Below, one piece after another: positions 62,398 through 64,000 of a stretch of 64,000 nucleotides of DNA. The translations under genes and the position numbers were made by a program. The stretch comes from Naegleria gruberi (lineage: Eukaryota), in NCBI GenBank assembly GCA_000004985.1, contig GG738903.1. One strand, 5' to 3'. Position 1 is the first letter of the stretch; each line of letters begins with the position of its first letter. Under the pieces are notes generated by a model. That model was not told the DNA's origin. It saw only the letters and a program-made list of their open reading frames with translations, and ran no database searches.

Positions 62398-63354
62398 TTA
62401 AAGCTCATCAAAACTTTCCAATTCCTCCGTTTCAGTGTGTTCATCCTCCGTTGTTGATAAATTATCTTCAAATTGAGCAACTTGTTGTTTCAATTGTTGA
62501 ATTTCCAAATCTCTTTCAATAAGATCCTTATAGAGAGATGAGATAATCTTATTGTACTTGTTCATTTGTTCTTGAATGCTTTGTACCTTTCTCTCAGTCT
62601 TTGCCTTTTCCTTCTTTTTCTTCTTCTTTTCTTCCACTGAAAAGAGAGCTTTAAGTTTTCTAGGAGAGGCCATTGGTTCACTCCATGTGTCATTGTCAAA
62701 TTCTGATGAATTTCTATGATTGGAATTTGGAATTGGAATGAATAATTTGGATCTTTCTGTTTGTTGAGGAGTGACGTGAATAGGAGAATGATCATTCGAT
62801 GGACTAACTGGAGACATGGATTCACAGGTTGAAATCTCCTCTGAGGAGGTGGTGATCGTGGGAGGGAAGGAATGCTCTCTAGTGAGAGAGCTAGTGTTTG
62901 GAGAGGGAGTTTTCGATTGATTGGTCGAGTGAACATTTAACAGAGCTCCTGCTGATTTGGTAACAATTGGTTTGGAGAAGACCTCTGGGAAATCATTTGG
63001 ATTTCTCTTTTGAATTCTGTCAATGAGAAACATTTCATAATCGTCCGAATCTTCCACATATTGGTCGAATAGAATTTTCAATTGTTTGATGAGCTCGGCC
63101 TGTAATGGCTCGAAAATTTGCATAAAATCTTCACTCGTTAATCCATATTGTCGTCCACTTTCATTCTGAACTTGAAAAGATTCGTATAATTGTTTCACTT
63201 CATCCTCCTTCAATGATTTAAATCGAAACGTCATTGAATTTCCTCTCTTTCTCTTTACAATCGGTTCCTCAACCTTTAACTGATTCATAAACGATTGTTC
63301 ATCCTTATTAGATGTAGTAGATGCAGATGGTGAAGAATTCTTATTCGGTCTCAT
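62398..63354 (-). CDS. Hypothetical Ser/Thr-rich protein with C-terminal coiled-coil, 318 aa
   Basis: Single ORF; KKKKKKEKAKTERK...QQLKQQVAQFEDNL heptad-like C-terminus. Confidence 0.45.
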   Translation of the reverse strand: MRPNKNSSPSASTTSNKDEQSFMNQLKVEEPIVKRKRGNSMTFRFKSLKEDEVKQLYESFQVQNESGRQYGLTSEDFMQIFEPLQAELIKQLKILFDQYVEDSDDYEMFLIDRIQKRNPNDFPEVFSKPIVTKSAGALLNVHSTNQSKTPSPNTSSLTREHSFPPTITTSSEEISTCESMSPVSPSNDHSPIHVTPQQTERSKLFIPIPNSNHRNSSEFDNDTWSEPMASPRKLKALFSVEEKKKKKKEKAKTERKVQSIQEQMNKYNKIISSLYKDLIERDLEIQQLKQQVAQFEDNLSTTEDEHTETEELESFDEL

Positions 63355-63409
63355 TGAAAATCGTTTAAAAAAATGTGAAATACTACTCGTCTTTTCATGA
63401 GAAACTTTC

Positions 63410-64000
63410 TCATTCGAATTCGACTTCTGGAATTGCTGCTGCCGCTGCTGGTGCTTGCTCTTCCACCACAGTTTCCAATTTCACACTCGTAAATATAGCA
63501 TTCCACAATTCTGTCCACTCTTTCATTCGAATAAAATTCTCAAATTTTTCACAAATTTTTCGTTGCATTTCTCTTGATATTCCTAATAAGGAATGTGCAC
63601 TCGAAGACAAAACAGTATCAATATTATCGGAGTGTTTAACATCCACAACACTGACAAGATACTTTCTTATAATTCTGTCATATATTCTAATAAGTGAAAT
63701 TATTTGATTGCTTTCAAATGTCAATTTATATTTGACATTCTCCAATTCTGTCAGACAACTCAATAATCCTCTTCTATTCTTCTTAAACAGAAACTGTTCG
63801 AAAAATTCTCGATTTTCAATATTTGTTCTTTGTTTTACCATTTCGGAATTTTTAATTTCATCGCTGCCACTTGTCGAAATGATATTAATATTTAATCCAG
63901 CATAAATAACCCCAGCAAAAGAAAAGCAATCTTTATGAAATGGTTTTTTCTGACTATAGTGTGGAATTTGAAACGAACTGCCACATGTCAAAGTTGGTGC
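63410..64000 (-). CDS. Hypothetical protein, 5'-partial (ORF open to the window edge)
   Basis: ORF 63410..63991 remains in frame to nt 64000 (APTLTCGSSF...). Confidence 0.35.
   Translation of the reverse strand, partial: APTLTCGSSFQIPHYSQKKPFHKDCFSFAGVIYAGLNINIISTSGSDEIKNSEMVKQRTNIENREFFEQFLFKKNRRGLLSCLTELENVKYKLTFESNQIISLIRIYDRIIRKYLVSVVDVKHSDNIDTVLSSSAHSLLGISREMQRKICEKFENFIRMKEWTELWNAIFTSVKLETVVEEQAPAAAAAIPEVEFE

Noticed and set aside
1-64000. Prokaryotic interpretation (operons, defence islands)
   Set aside because: Many genes require GTAAGT...AG introns to restore conserved domains (P450, PTGR1-like, Rho, CZIB, PAP2, XRN1). The tRNA lacks an encoded CCA. The proteins (formins, XRN1, BTB-ankyrin, F-box, Rho, UBX) are eukaryote-specific.

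Overview
This window is a gene-dense, AT-rich stretch of a eukaryotic nuclear genome, not a prokaryotic locus. Many genes carry short spliceosomal introns (about 23-200 nt) with GTAAGT-type donors and YAG acceptors. A tRNA-Asn is encoded without a 3' CCA. A 50-nt run of N marks a scaffold gap at 48549-48598. I support about 38 protein-coding genes, one tRNA and two probable pseudogene or frameshifted loci. Recognisable genes include an intronless cytosolic Hsp70, the 5'-3' exoribonuclease XRN1, two paralogous formins flanking Hsp70, a cytochrome P450 and a PTGR1-like oxidoreductase, two SDRs, an alpha/beta-hydrolase and a PAP2 lipid phosphatase, and a CZIB/DUF866 zinc-binding protein. A second group covers a TM2-domain protein, a UBX protein, an NHL-repeat protein, ankyrin-BTB, LRR/F-box and Sel1-like repeat proteins. 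The gene-family mix (Sel1, BTB-ankyrin, F-box/LRR, NHL), the AT-richness and the tiny introns fit an early-diverging fungus such as a Glomeromycotina member, but that is inference only. The most unusual items are: (1) an F-box-like N-terminal extension fused to a Rho-type GTPase with a CAAX box; (2) a 7TM receptor with a C-terminal RGS domain, plus a second unrelated 7TM protein with a Cys-rich ectodomain; (3) an RNA polymerase I/III AC40 (RPAC1)-like fragment wedged convergently against the Rho gene, probably a relic; (4) a secreted periplasmic-binding-protein-like gene immediately downstream of a roughly 1800-aa surface protein with EGF/furin-like Cys repeats; (5) a putative 23-nt intron in the CZIB gene and a 1-nt frameshift in the NHL-repeat gene; (6) an acidic protein with an N-terminal MGxxC dual-acylation motif. 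All coordinates and exon junctions were derived by eye from the sequence and the ORF track, so boundaries are approximate.
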